Below the pieces are notes generated by a model. The model was not told where the DNA came from. It made no database searches and worked only from the letters and a program-made list of their open reading frames with translations. A program made the position numbers and the translations under genes. DNA of 64,000 nt, from the NCBI RefSeq assembly GCF_009914755.1, contig NC_060927.1; one strand, written 5' to 3'. The stretch comes from the human T2T-CHM13v2.0 reference genome, Homo sapiens. Below are positions 19,948 to 38,394 of the stretch, piece after piece (the stretch's first letter is position 1; the number at the start of each line of letters is the position of its first letter).

Positions 19948-20522
19948 TTCGGTGCCGTGACTCGGATCAGGGGACCTGCCTTGGGAGATCAATCCTCTGT
20001 CCTCCTGTTCTTTGCTCCGTGAGAAAGATCCACCTACGACCTCAGGTCGTCAGACTGACCAGACCAAGAAACATCTCACCAATTTCAAATCCGGTAAGCA
20101 GCCTCTTTTTACTCTGTTCTCCAACCTCCCTCACTATCCCTCAACCTCTTTCTCCTTTCAATCTTGGCGCCACACTTCAATCTCTCCCTTCTCTTAATTT
20201 CAATTCCTTTCATTTTCTGGTAGAGACAAAGGAGACACGTTTTATCCGTGGACCCAAAACTCCAGCGCCAGTCATGGACTGGGAAGGCAGCCTTCCTTTG
20301 GTGTTTAATCATTGCAGGGACGCCTCTCTGATTATTCACCCACATTTCAGAGGTGTCAGACCATGCAGGGATGCCTGCCTTGGTCCTTCACCCTTAGCGG
20401 CAAGTCCTGCTTTTCTGGGGGAGGGGCAAGTACCCCAACCCCTTCTCTCCGTGTCTCTATCCCTTCTCCGCTTTTCTTGGGGAGGGGCAAGAACCCCTCA
20501 ACCCCTTCTCCTTCACCCTTAG
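19938..20522 (+). CDS. Putative 194-aa ESRG-like HERV-H leader ORF (translation unproven)
   Basis: In-frame ATG at 19938 within the 213-codon GTG ORF; the peptide (KPVWWSLHTD...RNISPISNPVS...PQPLLLHP) resembles my recollection of the HERV-H-derived ESRG ORF. Confidence 0.25.
   Translation: MHEIRCRDSDQGTCLGRSILCPPVLCSVRKIHLRPQVVRLTRPRNISPISNPVSSLFLLCSPTSLTIPQPLSPFNLGATLQSLPSLNFNSFHFLVETKETRFIRGPKTPAPVMDWEGSLPLVFNHCRDASLIIHPHFRGVRPCRDACLGPSPLAASPAFLGEGQVPQPLLSVSLSLLRFSWGGARTPQPLLLHP
19950..19967 (+). other. Primer-binding site, tRNA-His
   Basis: CGGTGCCGTGACTCGGAT matches 17/18 to TGGTGCCGTGACTCGGAT. Confidence 0.95.
20091..20099 (+). other. HERV-H major splice donor CCG|GTAAGC
   Basis: Near-consensus donor about 145 nt downstream of the 5' LTR. 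Confidence 0.8.
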
Positions 20523-20559
20523 CGGCAAGTCCTGCTTTTCTAGGGGGCAAGAATCCCCA

Positions 20560-20710
20560 ATCCCTTATTTCCGTGCCCTGACCTCTTATCTCTGTGCCCC
20601 ATCCCTTATTTCCGTGCCCCGACCTCTTATCTCTGCGCTCCGATCCCTTATTTCCGTGCCCTGACCTCTTATCTCTGTGGCTCAACCCCTTATTTCCATG
20701 CCCTGACCCC
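20560..20710 (+). repeat. About 3.5 copies of a 41-42-bp tandem unit in the HERV-H leader
   Basis: ATCCCTTATTTCCGTGCCCTGACCTCTTATCTCTGTGCCCC repeated. Confidence 0.85.
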
Positions 20711-20899
20711 TTTCCTGCTTTTCTGGAGAGTAAGAAGCCCCGAACCCCTTCCCTCTGTGTCTCTACTCTCTCTTTTCTCTGGGCTTGCCTCCTTCACTAT
20801 AGGCAAACTTCCACCCTCCATTCCTCTGTCTCCCTTAGCCTGTGCTCTCAAGAACTTAAAACCTGTTCAACTCACACCAGACCTAAAACCTAAATGCCT

Positions 20900-23800
20900 T
20901 ATTTTCTTCTGCAATGCTGCTTGACCCCAATACAAACTCAACAGTGGTTCCAAATAGCCAGAAAATGGCACTTTGAATCTTTCCATCCTGCAAGATCTAA
21001 GTAATTCTTGTTGTAAAATGGGCAAACGGTCTGAGGTGCCTGATGTCCAGGCATTCTTTTACACATCAGTCCCTCCCTAGTCTCTGTGTCCAGTGCAACT
21101 TGTCCCAAATCTTCCTTCTTTCCCTCCCACCTGTCCCCTCAGTCCCAACCCCAGGCATTGCTGAGTCTTTCTAATATTCCTTTGCTACAGACCCATCTGA
21201 CCTCTCCCCTCCTCCCCAGGCTGGTCCTCACCAGGCCGAGCTAGGTCCCAATTCTTCCTCAGCCTCTGCTCCTCCATCCTATAATCTTTTTATCACCTCC
21301 CCTCCTCACACCTGGTCCAGTTTACAGTTTCATTCTGTGAGTAGCCCTCCCCCACCTGCCCAGCAATTTCCTCTTAAAAAGGTGGCTGAAGCTAAAGGCA
21401 TAGTCAAGGTTAATGCTCCTTTTTCTTTATCAGACCTCTCCCAAATCAGTGAGCATTTAGGCTCTTTCATCAAATATGAAAAACCCAGCCCAGTTCATGG
21501 CTCGGCAGCAGCCCTGAGATGCTTTACAGCCCTAGATCCTAAAAGGTCAAAAGGCTGTCTTATTCTCAATATACATTTTATTACCCAATCTGCTCCTGAC
21601 ATTAAATAAAACTCCAAAAATTAAATTCCGGCCCTCAAACCCCACAACAGGACTTAATTAACCTCACCTTCAAGGTGTACAATAATAGAGTAAAGGCAGC
21701 CAAGTAGCAATGTATTTCTGAATTGCAATTACTTGCCTCCACTGTGAGACAAACCCCAGCCACATCTCCAGCACACAAGAACTCCAAACACCTGAACCAC
21801 AGCTGCCAGGGGTTCCTTCAGAACCTCCTCCCCCAGGAGCTTGCTACAAGTGCCGGAAATCTGGCCACTGGGCCAAGGAATGCCCACAGCCCAGGATTCC
21901 TCCTAAGCCGTATTCCGTCTGTGTGGGACCTCACTGAAAATCAGACTCTTCAACTCACCTGGCAGCCACTCCCAGCTTCCCTGGAACTCTGGCCCAAGGC
22001 TCTCTGACTGACTCCTTCTCAGATCTTCTCAGCTTAGCGGCTGAAGACTGACACTGCCTGATTGCCTTGGAAGCCCCCTAGACCATCATGGACACCGAGC
22101 TTTGAGTAACTCTCACAGTGGAAAGTAAGTCCATCCCCTTCTTAATCAATACAGAGGCTACCCACCCCACATTACCTTCTTTTCAGAGGCCTGTTTCCCT
22201 TGCTTCCATAACTGTTGTGCGTATTGACAGCCAGGCTTCTAAACCTCTTAAAACTCCCCAACTCTGGTGCCAACTTAGACAATACTCTTTTAGGCACTCC
22301 TTTTAGTTATCCCCACCTGCCCAGTTCCCTTATTAGGCCGAGACACTTTAACTAAATTATCTGCTTCCCTGACTATTCCTAGGCTACAGCCACACCTCAT
22401 TGCTGCCTTTTCCCCCAGTTCAAAGCCTCCTTCACATCTTCCCCTTGTATCTCCCCACCTTAACCCACAAGTATAAGACACCTCTACTCCCTCCTTAGGG
22501 ACTGATCATGCACCCCTTACCATCCCATTAAAACCTAATCACTCTTACCCTGATCAATGCCAATATCCCATCCCACAGCATGCTTTGAAAGGATTAAATC
22601 CTGTTATCACTCGCCTGTTACAGCATGGCCTTTTAAAGCCTATAAACTCTTCTTACCATTCCCCCATTTTACCTGTCCTAAAACCAGACAAGGCTTACAG
22701 GTTAGTTCAGAATCTGCGCCTTATCAACCAAATTGTTTTGCCTAGCCACCCCATAGTGCCAAACCCATATACTCTCCTGTCATCAATACCTTCCTCTACA
22801 ACCCATTATTCTGTTCTGGATCTCAAACATGCTTTCTTTACTATTCCTTTGCACCGTTCATCCCAGCCTCTCTTTGTTTTCAGTTAGACTGACCCTGACA
22901 CCCATCAGGCTCAGCAAATCACCTGGGCTGTACTGCCGCAAGGCTTCACAGACAGCCCCCATTACTTCAGTCAAGCCCAAATTTCATCCTCATCTGTTAC
23001 CTATCTTGGCATAATTCTCATAAAAACACACGTGCTCTCCCTGCTGATCGTGTCCGATTAATCTCCCAAACTTCAATCCCTTACAAAACAACAACTCCTT
23101 TCCTTCCTAGGCATGGTTAGTGCGGTCAGAATTCTTACACAAGAGCCAGGACCGCACCCTGTAGCCTTTCTGTCCAAACAACTTGACCTTACTGTTTTAG
23201 CCTAGCCATCATGTCTGCGTGCAGCGGCTGCTGCTGCTTTAATACTTTTAGAGGCCCTAAAAATCACAAACTATGCTCAACTCACTCTCTACATTTCTCA
23301 TAATTTCCAAAATCTATTTTCTTCCTCATACCTGACGCATATACTTTCTGTGCCTCGGCTCCTTCAGCTGTATTCACTCTTTGTTAAGTTGCACAATTAC
23401 CATTGTTCCTGGCCCAGACTTCAATCCGGCCTCCCACATTATTCCTGATACCACACCTGACCCCCATGACTGTATCTCTCTGATCCACCTGACATTCACC
23501 CCATTTCCCCATATTTCCTTCTTTCCTGTTCCTCACCCTGATCACGCTTGATTTATTAATGACAGTTCCACCACGCCTAATAGCAACACACAAGCAAAGG
23601 CAGGCTATGCTATAGTACAAGCCACTAGCCCGCCTCTTAGAACCTCTCATTTCCTTTCCATCATGGAAATCTATTCTCAAGGAAATAACTTCTCAGTGTT
23701 CCATCTGCTATTCTACTACTCCTCAGGGATTATTCAGGCCCCCTCCCTTCCCTACACATCAAGCTCGAGGATTTGCCTCCACCCAGGACTGGCAAGTTAG

Positions 23801-24300
23801 CTTTACTCAACATGCCCCGAGTCAGATAACTAAAATACCTCTTAGTCTAGGTAGATACTTTCACTGGATAGGTAGAGGCCTTTCCTACAGGGTCTGAGAA
23901 GGCCACTGCAGTCATTTCCTCCCTTCTGTCAGACATAATTCCTCAGTTTAGCCTTCCCACCTCTATACAGTCTGATAACAGACCAGCCTTTATTAGTCAA
24001 ATCAGCCAAGCAGTTTTTCAGGTTCTTAGTATTTAGTGAAAACTTTATATCCCTTATGATCCCCCATCTTCAAGAAAAGTAGAACGGACTAAAGGTCTTT
24101 TAAAAACACACCTCACCAAGCTCAGCCACCAACTTAAAAAGGACTGGACAATACTTTTACCACTTTCCCTTCTCAGAAGTCAGACCTGTCCTCAGAATGC
24201 TACAAGGTACAGCCCATTTGAGCTCCTGTATAGACGTTCCTTTTTATTAGGCCCCAGTCTCATTCCAGACACCAGACCAACTTGGACTGTGCCCCAAAAA
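20900..24300 (+). pseudogene. Defective HERV-H gag-pro-pol
   Basis: Zinc knuckle CYKCRKSGHWAKEC at 21842-21883, second knuckle broken; protease site FLINTEAT (DTGA lost); RT motifs SPILPVLKPD, LDLKHAFF and LPQGFTDSP, with the YxDD region deleted; integrase remnants with stops. Confidence 0.92.
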
Positions 24301-24872
24301 ACTTGTCATCCCTACTGTCTTCTGTCTAGTCATACTCCTATTCACCGTTCTCAACTACTCATACATGCCCTGCTCTTGTTTACACTGCCGGTTTACCCTG
24401 TTTTTCCAAGCCATCACAGCTGATATCTCCTGGTGCTATCCCCAAACTGCCACTCTAAACTCTTGAAGTAAATAAATAATCTTTGCTGGCAGGACTACGC
24501 TGAATCTCCTTAGGCACTCTCTAATCAGATGTCTTGGGTCCTCCCAATTCTTAGACCTTTTATACCTGTTTTTCTCCTTCTCTTATTCTATTTAGTTTTT
24601 CAATTCATACAAAACCGTATCCATGCCATCACCAATAATTCTACATGACAAATGTTTCTTCTAACAACCCCACAATATCACCCCTTACCACAAAATCTTC
24701 CTTCAGCTTAATCTCTCCCACTCTAGGCTCCCACGCCGCCCCTAATCCCGCTCGAAGCAGCCCTGAGAAACATCACCCATAATCTCTCCATACTACCCAC
24801 AAAAATTTTCACCGTCCCAACACTTTACCACTATTTCATTTTATTTTTCTTATTAATATAAGAAGACAGGAT

Positions 24873-25279
24873 TGTCAGGCCTCTGAGCCCAAGCTAAGCC
24901 ATCATATCCCCTGTGACCTGCACGTACACATCCAGATGGCCAGTTCCTGCCTTAACTGATGACATTCCACCACAAAAGCAGTGAAAATGGCCTGTTCCTG
25001 CCTTAACTGATGACATTGTCTTGTGAAATTCCTTCTCCTGGCTCATCCTGGCTCAAAAGCTCCCCTACTGAGCACCTTGTGACCCCCCACTCTGCCTGCC
25101 AGAGAACAACCCCCCTTTGACTGTAATTTTCCTTTACCCAAATCCTATAAAAATGGCCCCACCCTTATCTCCCTTCACTGACTCTTTTTGGACTCAGCCC
25201 GCCCGCACCCAGATGATTAAAAGCTTTATTGCTCACACAAAGCCTGTTTGATGGTCTCTTCACACGCACGCGCATGAAA
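24873..25279 (+). promoter_or_regulatory. 3' LTR7 (407 bp), preceded by PPT AAGAAGACAGGA
   Basis: Direct repeat of the 5' LTR; intact TATAAAA at 25146-25152; ATTAAA poly(A) signal. Confidence 0.97.
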
Positions 25280-26379
25280 GTTTTGATTTGCATTTCTCTG
25301 ATAATGATGTTGAGCATTTTTTTACACATTTGTTGGCCTCTTACATATCTCCTTTTGATAAATGCCTGTTAATGTCTTTTTCCCATTTTTTAATGGGGTT
25401 ATTTGCTTTTTTGTTTGTTCAACTGTTTAAATTCCTTATGGATTCTGGATATTAGACCTTTGTCAGATGCATAGTTTGCAAACATTTTCTCCCATTATGT
25501 AGGCTGTCTGTTCACTCTTTTGATCATTTCTTTTACTGTGCAGAAGTTTGTTAGTTTCATTAAGTCTCATTTATCCATTTTTGTTTTTATTGCCATTGCT
25601 TTTGAGGACTTAGTCACAAATTCTTTCCCAAGGCCGATGTCCAGAATGGTGTTTCCTAGGCTTTCTTCTAGGATTCTTATAGTTTGAGATCTTATATTTA
25701 AATTAATCCTTCTTGAGTTAATTTTTGTTTGTGGTGAAAGGTAGGGGTCTATTTTCATTTTTCTGTATATGGGTAGCCAGCTACCACACCACTATTTATT
25801 GAACAGGGAATCCTTTCCCCATTGCTTGTTTTTGTCAGGCTTGTTGATGATCAGGTGGTTGTAGGTGTATGCCTTTATTTCTCAGTTCTCTAGTCTGTTG
25901 CATTGGTTTATGTGTCTGTATTGGTACCAGTACCATGCTGTTTTGGTTAGTGTAGCCTTATAATATAGTTTGAAGTTGGGTAGTGTGATGCCTCCCACTT
26001 TGATCTTTTTGCTTAGGATTGACTTGGCTATTTGGGCTCTTTTTAAGTTCCATATGAATTTTAAGATAGTTTTTTCTAGTTCTGTGAAAAACGATGTTGG
26101 TAGCTTAATGAGAATAGCATTGAATCTGTAGATTTCTTTTTAATGGTATTGATTCTTCCTATCCATGAGCATGGAATACTTTTTCTATTTATTTGTGTTA
26201 TCCATTATTTCTTTCAGCAGTGTTCTATAGTTTCCTTATAGAGATCTTTCATCTCCTTGGTTAGAAGTATTCCTAGGTATTTTATTTTTGTGTTTGTGGC
26301 TATTGTAAATAAAATTGTGTCTCTGTGTGTGTGTGTGGCTGTGTGTATGTTTTAAGGTTTCTGGAGTAGCACCAGAATG

Positions 26380-31322
<4,943 letters not shown>

Positions 31323-34036
31323 TATAAGATTTTGTTCTTGATTTGGTTCTCAGCTTGAACGTTATTGGTGTATAGAAATGCTACTGATTCTTGCACATTG
31401 ATTTTGTATCCTGATACTTTACTGAAATTGTTTATCAGTTCCAGGAGCCTTTTGGCAGAACTTTTAGGGTTTTCTAGGTATAGAATCATATCGTCAGCAA
31501 AGAGAGATAATTTTACTTCTTTTCCATGAATTCCCTTTATTTCCTCCTCTTGCCTGATTGCGCTAGCTAGGACTACTTGGTCTCACCTTACATTCATGAT
31601 TACTAATCTCAACAGGGCCTTTAGTGCTGCCTGGAAATATGATTACATTCCCCATCCTCTATCCAATCTCCCATTTGCTTATGTTTCACACTCCTATCTC
31701 CTCAAATTTCAAAGATCTCTTCCTCCATTCTCACTCTCAGTTGATTACTTTACTTTTTACTTCACTTTGATAAGAGAAATAAACTTGGGAAAAGAAAGCA
31801 CTTCCCTACTTTTCTCCTACTAAGCCTCACACCTATCTGCTTTTGTACTCATGTGCTCTACTTTTCTCCAGTTACAAAGGTTGAATTTTGTCTTTTCTTA
31901 TCTAAGGCAAATTGTCAGCCTGGTGTCCTACATTCTATCATTTCTCACCTACCCAGGGACATCTCTTTAGTGTTTCTCTCCCCTCCCCCATGCCATCAAT
32001 TTTTCCCTCTTTACTGGATCATTCACATAGCATACCGAGATGCTTCAACACTCTCATCTTAAAAATGAATAAACATTTCCTAACCTCCACCTACCATCCC
32101 ATTTCTCTGTTCACTTTTATAGCAAAATTTTCCGAAGAGCTTTCTATACTAGCTGTTTCTGATTTCTCTCCTCACTTTCTCTTTTGTACTCACTGTGCTT
32201 GACTTTTGTTCCCACCATCTCACTGAACACAAAACAAAACAAAACAAAACAAACCCCAACAACTTTGAAAGATATCAGTGACCTCTATCTTTCCAGTTGC
32301 TCAGGTCAAAACTCATCATTGGTTCTCCTCTTTCTCTTGTTTCTCACATCCAGTTGAACTACTCCAGTCAGTTTCACCTTCAAATAAATCCAAAATTTGA
32401 CCATCTTTTCACTATCACTTTGTTTTAAACCACCATCATCTCTTGGTTAAATGGTCATAATAGTCTCTCAACTGATCTCCCTGCTTGCACCCTTACACAC
32501 TTGCAGCCTGCTCTTAAGACAATACACAGGTGTGAAATGTTATTTTTCTTAAAATCTTTGAATGGCTTCCTATTTCACTTGGAGTTAAAAAAAAAAAGTC
32601 CTTACAGTGGTTTATACAGCCCAAAACCCTATATGACCCGGCTCCTCTCACCTCTCAGACATCATCTTCTGACATTCTTCCTTTCATTCTCTGTTAGGTG
32701 CATTTCAACTTCTTTGCTATTTCTTGAACACACAAAGCACTTTCCAGCCTCAGGGTCTTTGCACTTCCTGTTTTTCTACTTGGAATGCTTTTACCTCACA
32801 GCCTCATGGCTAATTCCCTCACTTCTTTTAGATTTCAACTAAAACATCCTCTTCTCAATGAGGCTTTCTTTGTCTTCTCTACATAGAGTGGTGCATGTGT
32901 GCACATATACCCACTCCCCACCCTCACTCTTAACCTGCTTTATTTTTTTTCCATAGCATTTACCACTATCAGACACAAAACATATTTGCTTATTTATCTT
33001 TTTTCTATCTTCTGTGTTTATTGTGTTCACTGCTATATTTCTATTATCTAAAACAGGGCCTAGAATACAGTAGCATTAAATAAGTATTTGATGAATAAAT
33101 GGGGCTAATGTATTAAATTAATTCATATCTGTGTAATGGAATCGATGTTTCCTCTGAGCATTTCCAAGCTTTTCTTGAACTACCCTCTGCCTCCTGTAGT
33201 TACTCTGGGAGGTACTCTGGAAGCAGCCATGCACCGTGTAATTCTGACCCTCTAGCTACAGTTGCTGGACCAGGGATAAAGACTCTGAGACAATTGCTTC
33301 TTCCTTGAGATTTTGGTACTGGGACTAAAAGAGCCAAGCCATCTGTTGACACTCTAACACATCTTCCCATAGCTGTTGCAACTGTTCCACAGTTGTCTTC
33401 CTTTTAGCCAGGAGGACCAGATGCAGAGGTATCTATCAAAAAGGGAGAATAAAACAATGATCAGAGAAAAGCAGAAATAATAGATGGTGAGAGAAGCTCC
33501 ACAGTGCTGTAGTCCCCATTACCCATTGTTCCTCAGATGCAAACAGATCCCTGCACCTCCTGCTGCATTAAGGAGAACATCAGTGCACTGTCTGCCATTA
33601 TAGCAGGTGGTTAATACATACTAATTGAGTCGGAATCTGGAGGGGAGCAGATCTAATGTGTTTAATACCAAAACCTTCACAAAAAATCAAAACAAGCTAA
33701 ATTGCAAAAACAAATATGTTTTATGAACATTTGGTGTCTTACTTCATTTGACAAAGAAGGGATTCTGTTCTTTGTCTTAGAAGGCAGCACGAGGTAGTGG
33801 GATAACTGGCCCAAAGGCAGGAAACTTAAGTTCCGGTCCAGCCGACAAGCTGGTTATCATCCCTTTTTAAGTTCAATTTCCCATCTGTACAATGAAAGGG
33901 CTTGATTAGGTGGACTGCAGTCTATTTTCCACGTCCAGATTTTAGAACCTAGAGTCCTTTATGATATAGGGCAACAAATGAAAGCACGTTCTTTTCCTTC
34001 AGATGTTAGTCAGATGTTTAAAACATTTGTCTTTTC

Positions 34037-34550
34037 TTGTGGCTGTGGCATAACTGAACCCCTTCATCTGTGGAAGAATTTTTCACTACATAAGTTTTAG
34101 TGGGAGATAGAACTTGTCTTCACTATAGATGCTGAAAACCTCAAATATTCACTCTCCTCTTTCTCTCGTGCCTGGAACTAGGTTGACAGGATCTAGGCCC
34201 ATCAGACCCAGCTGCCAAGACTGAATTGGAAGCTTGTGACTCAAAAAGCAGGGGCAGCCAAGAGCCCATTCCAGAGGCAGGTGTTGGCAGCAGCTGCTAC
34301 AGCACACAGTGCTGCCAGTTGTGATCTCCTGTGTCTGTCAAGGCTGAAGGGGACAGGGTACCAGCATGGCATCCTGTGTTCCTGGAGGGAATGTGGGGTC
34401 TTCCAGGCACCAGATTGAGAACATGATGGCTGTGATCCTGGCTGGCCCTAGGCCCCGCTTTCTTTCCTGCCTCTCCAGTCTTCTTGTGATTCTATGAGCT
34501 GCCCACAATCCCTTCAGTAAGCTCCCTTTTTTAACTTAAATCTGTTGCAG
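34037..34550 (+). mobile_element. LTR33-like ERVL solo LTR
   Basis: GCTGAAAA...GACTGAATTGGAAGCTTGTGACTCAAAAAGCAGGG...GATTCTATGAGCTGCCC. Confidence 0.6.
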
Positions 34551-35185
34551 ATTTCCCACATTCCCCTTCTGCAAATAAGCAACTAGATTAAAGGAGGGCA
34601 GGAGAGTCCTAAAACCAATTCCTCGCAGAAGTCAACCTGGAGATTAAGCAATGTGGTCAAAGGTTCCCTAACACTGACTGTCACCTTCACAGGAAGAATG
34701 TAGGAGTTTCACAGGAATAACAGAACCAGAGAGCTCCTGAGAGATCATTTAATCCATTTCTCATTTTTTTTTCCCAAAGAGGCACATTCAGTTAGAAAGG
34801 AGAAATAACATGGAAAGCATCACACAGTCAGGTTCAGAGATGGAGCTAGCATTCATGTCCCCCTGATGCCATTTTCAGTATTTGTCTGTCCAAACTGCTG
34901 CTAGTTGGTTTGCACATTTTTTCGTTTACATTTTATTTTTTGGTTTGCATCTGTTTTTTTGTATTTAATGAATCCAGGCTTCTTACTTACCTCTTACCCC
35001 AACTTCAATATTCTTATCCCTGTAAGTGGCATTGGCCCAGGTGAGGCATTTCACCTTCAGGTTTTAAGAGAAAGCCAGATTCCTCTGGCAAGAGTCAAAG
35101 ATTCAAGGAGGGTTAGTAAAGTCCCATATTCACAGCAACACTGAGGATTTTTCCTTCCCCAGGGTTCTGCTAGCTATGTCTCAGT

Positions 35186-35972
<787 letters not shown>

Positions 35973-36324
35973 TCAGTATTATAAGTTTTTAGATGGTAGA
36001 GATCTGCAAACTGTGGAAAAACACAAAGCTATCAGAAAATGCAAAATCATCAGAATTCTTTAAATATGCCTGAAGTTATGCTTGTTGGCATCTGCCTCAG
36101 AAATGCCAACCCTGACTACTCATTGACTCCTGGGAAAGAACATCCTTAACAAAAGACAGCAAGTGAATGATTGCCTGTGAAGCTGAGGGGAGAGACATCA
36201 ATGTGAGACCTAGGCATATTCAGGCAGGCAAGGTATGGTTCCCTGCAGCTAGTGAGGATCTACCCTTAATCCTGGAGCTCTTTGTGATCCTTCTAGCCCC
36301 TTCAAGCTAGAGATGTAGCCATTA

Positions 36325-37985
36325 ACCTTTTAAAAGAACCAGCTTTTGACTTCCTTGAATTTCTTTATTGTGTTTCTGTTTTCTATTCTATTGATTTCTG
36401 CTCTAATCTTTGTTTTCTTTATTCTGCTTTCTTTGGGTTTTATTTGCTTTTGTTTTTCTAGTTTCTTAAGATGGAAGCTGATGTCACTGATTTGAGACTC
36501 TTCTTTTTTTTCTGTTATTTATGTTCACTGCTATAAATTTTCCTCTTATTATTGCTTTACCTGCATCTCACCCATTTTGATAGTTGAGTTTTCCTTTTCT
36601 TAGTTCAAATCATTTTCTAACTTCTAGTACAACTTCTTCTTGACTCATGGGCTGTTTGGAAATGTGTTATTTATTTTCGAATATGTGGAGATTTTCCAGT
36701 TTTCTGTTATTAATTTCTAATTTAATTGCTAGGCAGGCAGAAAACACACTTTCTATGACTTGAGTCCTTTAAAATTTATTGACACTTTCTTCATGACCAA
36801 GACTATGGTCTGTTTTGGTAAATGTTCCTTTTGTTCTTGAGAAGAATGTGTATTCTGCTGTTTTGGGTGTAGTATCCTAAAAATGTAAATTAAATCTAGG
36901 TAGTCAATGTTTTTTTAAAGTCTTCCATATCCTTACTGGTTTTCTGTTTACTTGTTCCAGTAATTATTGAGAGAAGGTTGTTGCAATCTTAATCTGTAAG
37001 TGCGGACAAAGGATAAATGCATGAAGTAAATGATACCCCATGTTTCGTGATGTGATTATTATGCATTGCATGCATGTATCAGAACATCTCATGTACCCCA
37101 TGAATATACACACCTACTATGTACCTACAAAAATAAAAAGTGAAAAATTATGTGAAAAATTATGTGAAAAATTATAAGTGTGGCTTTCTCTCTTTCCTCT
37201 TGTGGTTATATCAGGCTTTCATCTCTACTCTTAAGTGCATAAGCATTTAGGATTGTTATCTCTGCTTGATGAATTGGTCCATTTATCACTGTTAAATGAT
37301 CCTCTTTATCTTTGGTAATATTCTATTCTTTGCTCTAAAATTTTCCTGGATTGCTATTAATCAAGATACTTTAGCTTTTATTTTTTAAATTTAATGTTAG
37401 CATAATATATCTTTTTCACACTTTGACTTTTAACCAGTTTATATTTTTGTATTTAAACTGATTTCTTTTAAGCAGCAAATGGTTGAGACTTGCTTTTTAA
37501 TACAATCCGAACATGTCTGTCTTTTAATTGGAGTATTTAGATTATTTACATTAAATGTGATTATTTGTATGATTGGGTTTAAACATACTATTTTGCTATT
37601 TCATTTCTATTTGTCCCCTCTGTCCTTCATTCCATCCCCATTTTTTTCCTGCCTTTTTTGGATCACATGATTTTTTAAAATAATTTATTTTATTATTCTT
37701 TTTGTTGGCAAATTAGCTGTTACTCTTTTTTGTTTTATTTTAATGGCTGCTTTAGGGTTGTTGTATTCACCTTAACTTTATTCCAGTTTTTCTTCACATG
37801 ATATCCTGTGTCACATCAAGTATTTAAACCTTGCAAGAGTATGCCTACATTTCTCCCCTCTTGGCCTTTGCGCTGTTATTGCACATTTGACTTCTACCTA
37901 TGTTATAAATCCCACAGTACCTTGTTAGTATTTTTGTTTTAAAAAGTCAATTATCTTTACAGAGACTTAAACAATGATAAAAATG
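36325..37985 (-). mobile_element. Old L1M (MC/MD-like), ORF2 5' region
   Basis: AAAGAACCAGCTTTTG...GAGAAGAATGTGTATTCTGCTG...TTTAGATTATTTACATTAAATG. Confidence 0.75.
37006..37170 (+). mobile_element. L1MA1/2-type 3'-terminal fragment with a (GTGAAAAATTAT)3 tail
   Basis: ACAAAGGATAAATGC...CATCTCATGTACCCCAT; TSD TGTAAGTGCGG/TATAAGTGTGG. Confidence 0.8.
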
Positions 37986-38091
37986 TTTTTGTATTTTCTC
38001 CTTTTGTTGCCATTTTCCCCATTCAGGACCCTTCCTGCCCACTACCTCCTTCAAAGCAGTCTTAGGAGTACTATTTATTCATTGATTTATT

Positions 38092-38394
<303 letters not shown>

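Larger units (their letters stand above)
19534..25279 (+). mobile_element. HERV-H provirus, common internally deleted ~5.7-kb form with two LTR7s
   Basis: Two LTRs, a His PBS, gag/pro/pol remnants, a PPT and a perfect 5-bp TSD GTTTT (19529-19533 and 25280-25284). Confidence 0.98.

Noticed and set aside
22118-23014. HERV-H protease and RT ORFs as active enzymes
   Set aside because: Protease DTGA reads NTEA; the RT fragment is 100 aa and the YxDD region is deleted.
19534-25279. Identification as the ESRG locus itself
   Set aside because: The LTR is the short 414-bp type, and the N-terminal frame differs from my recollection of ESRG. The similarity reflects shared HERV-H ancestry.
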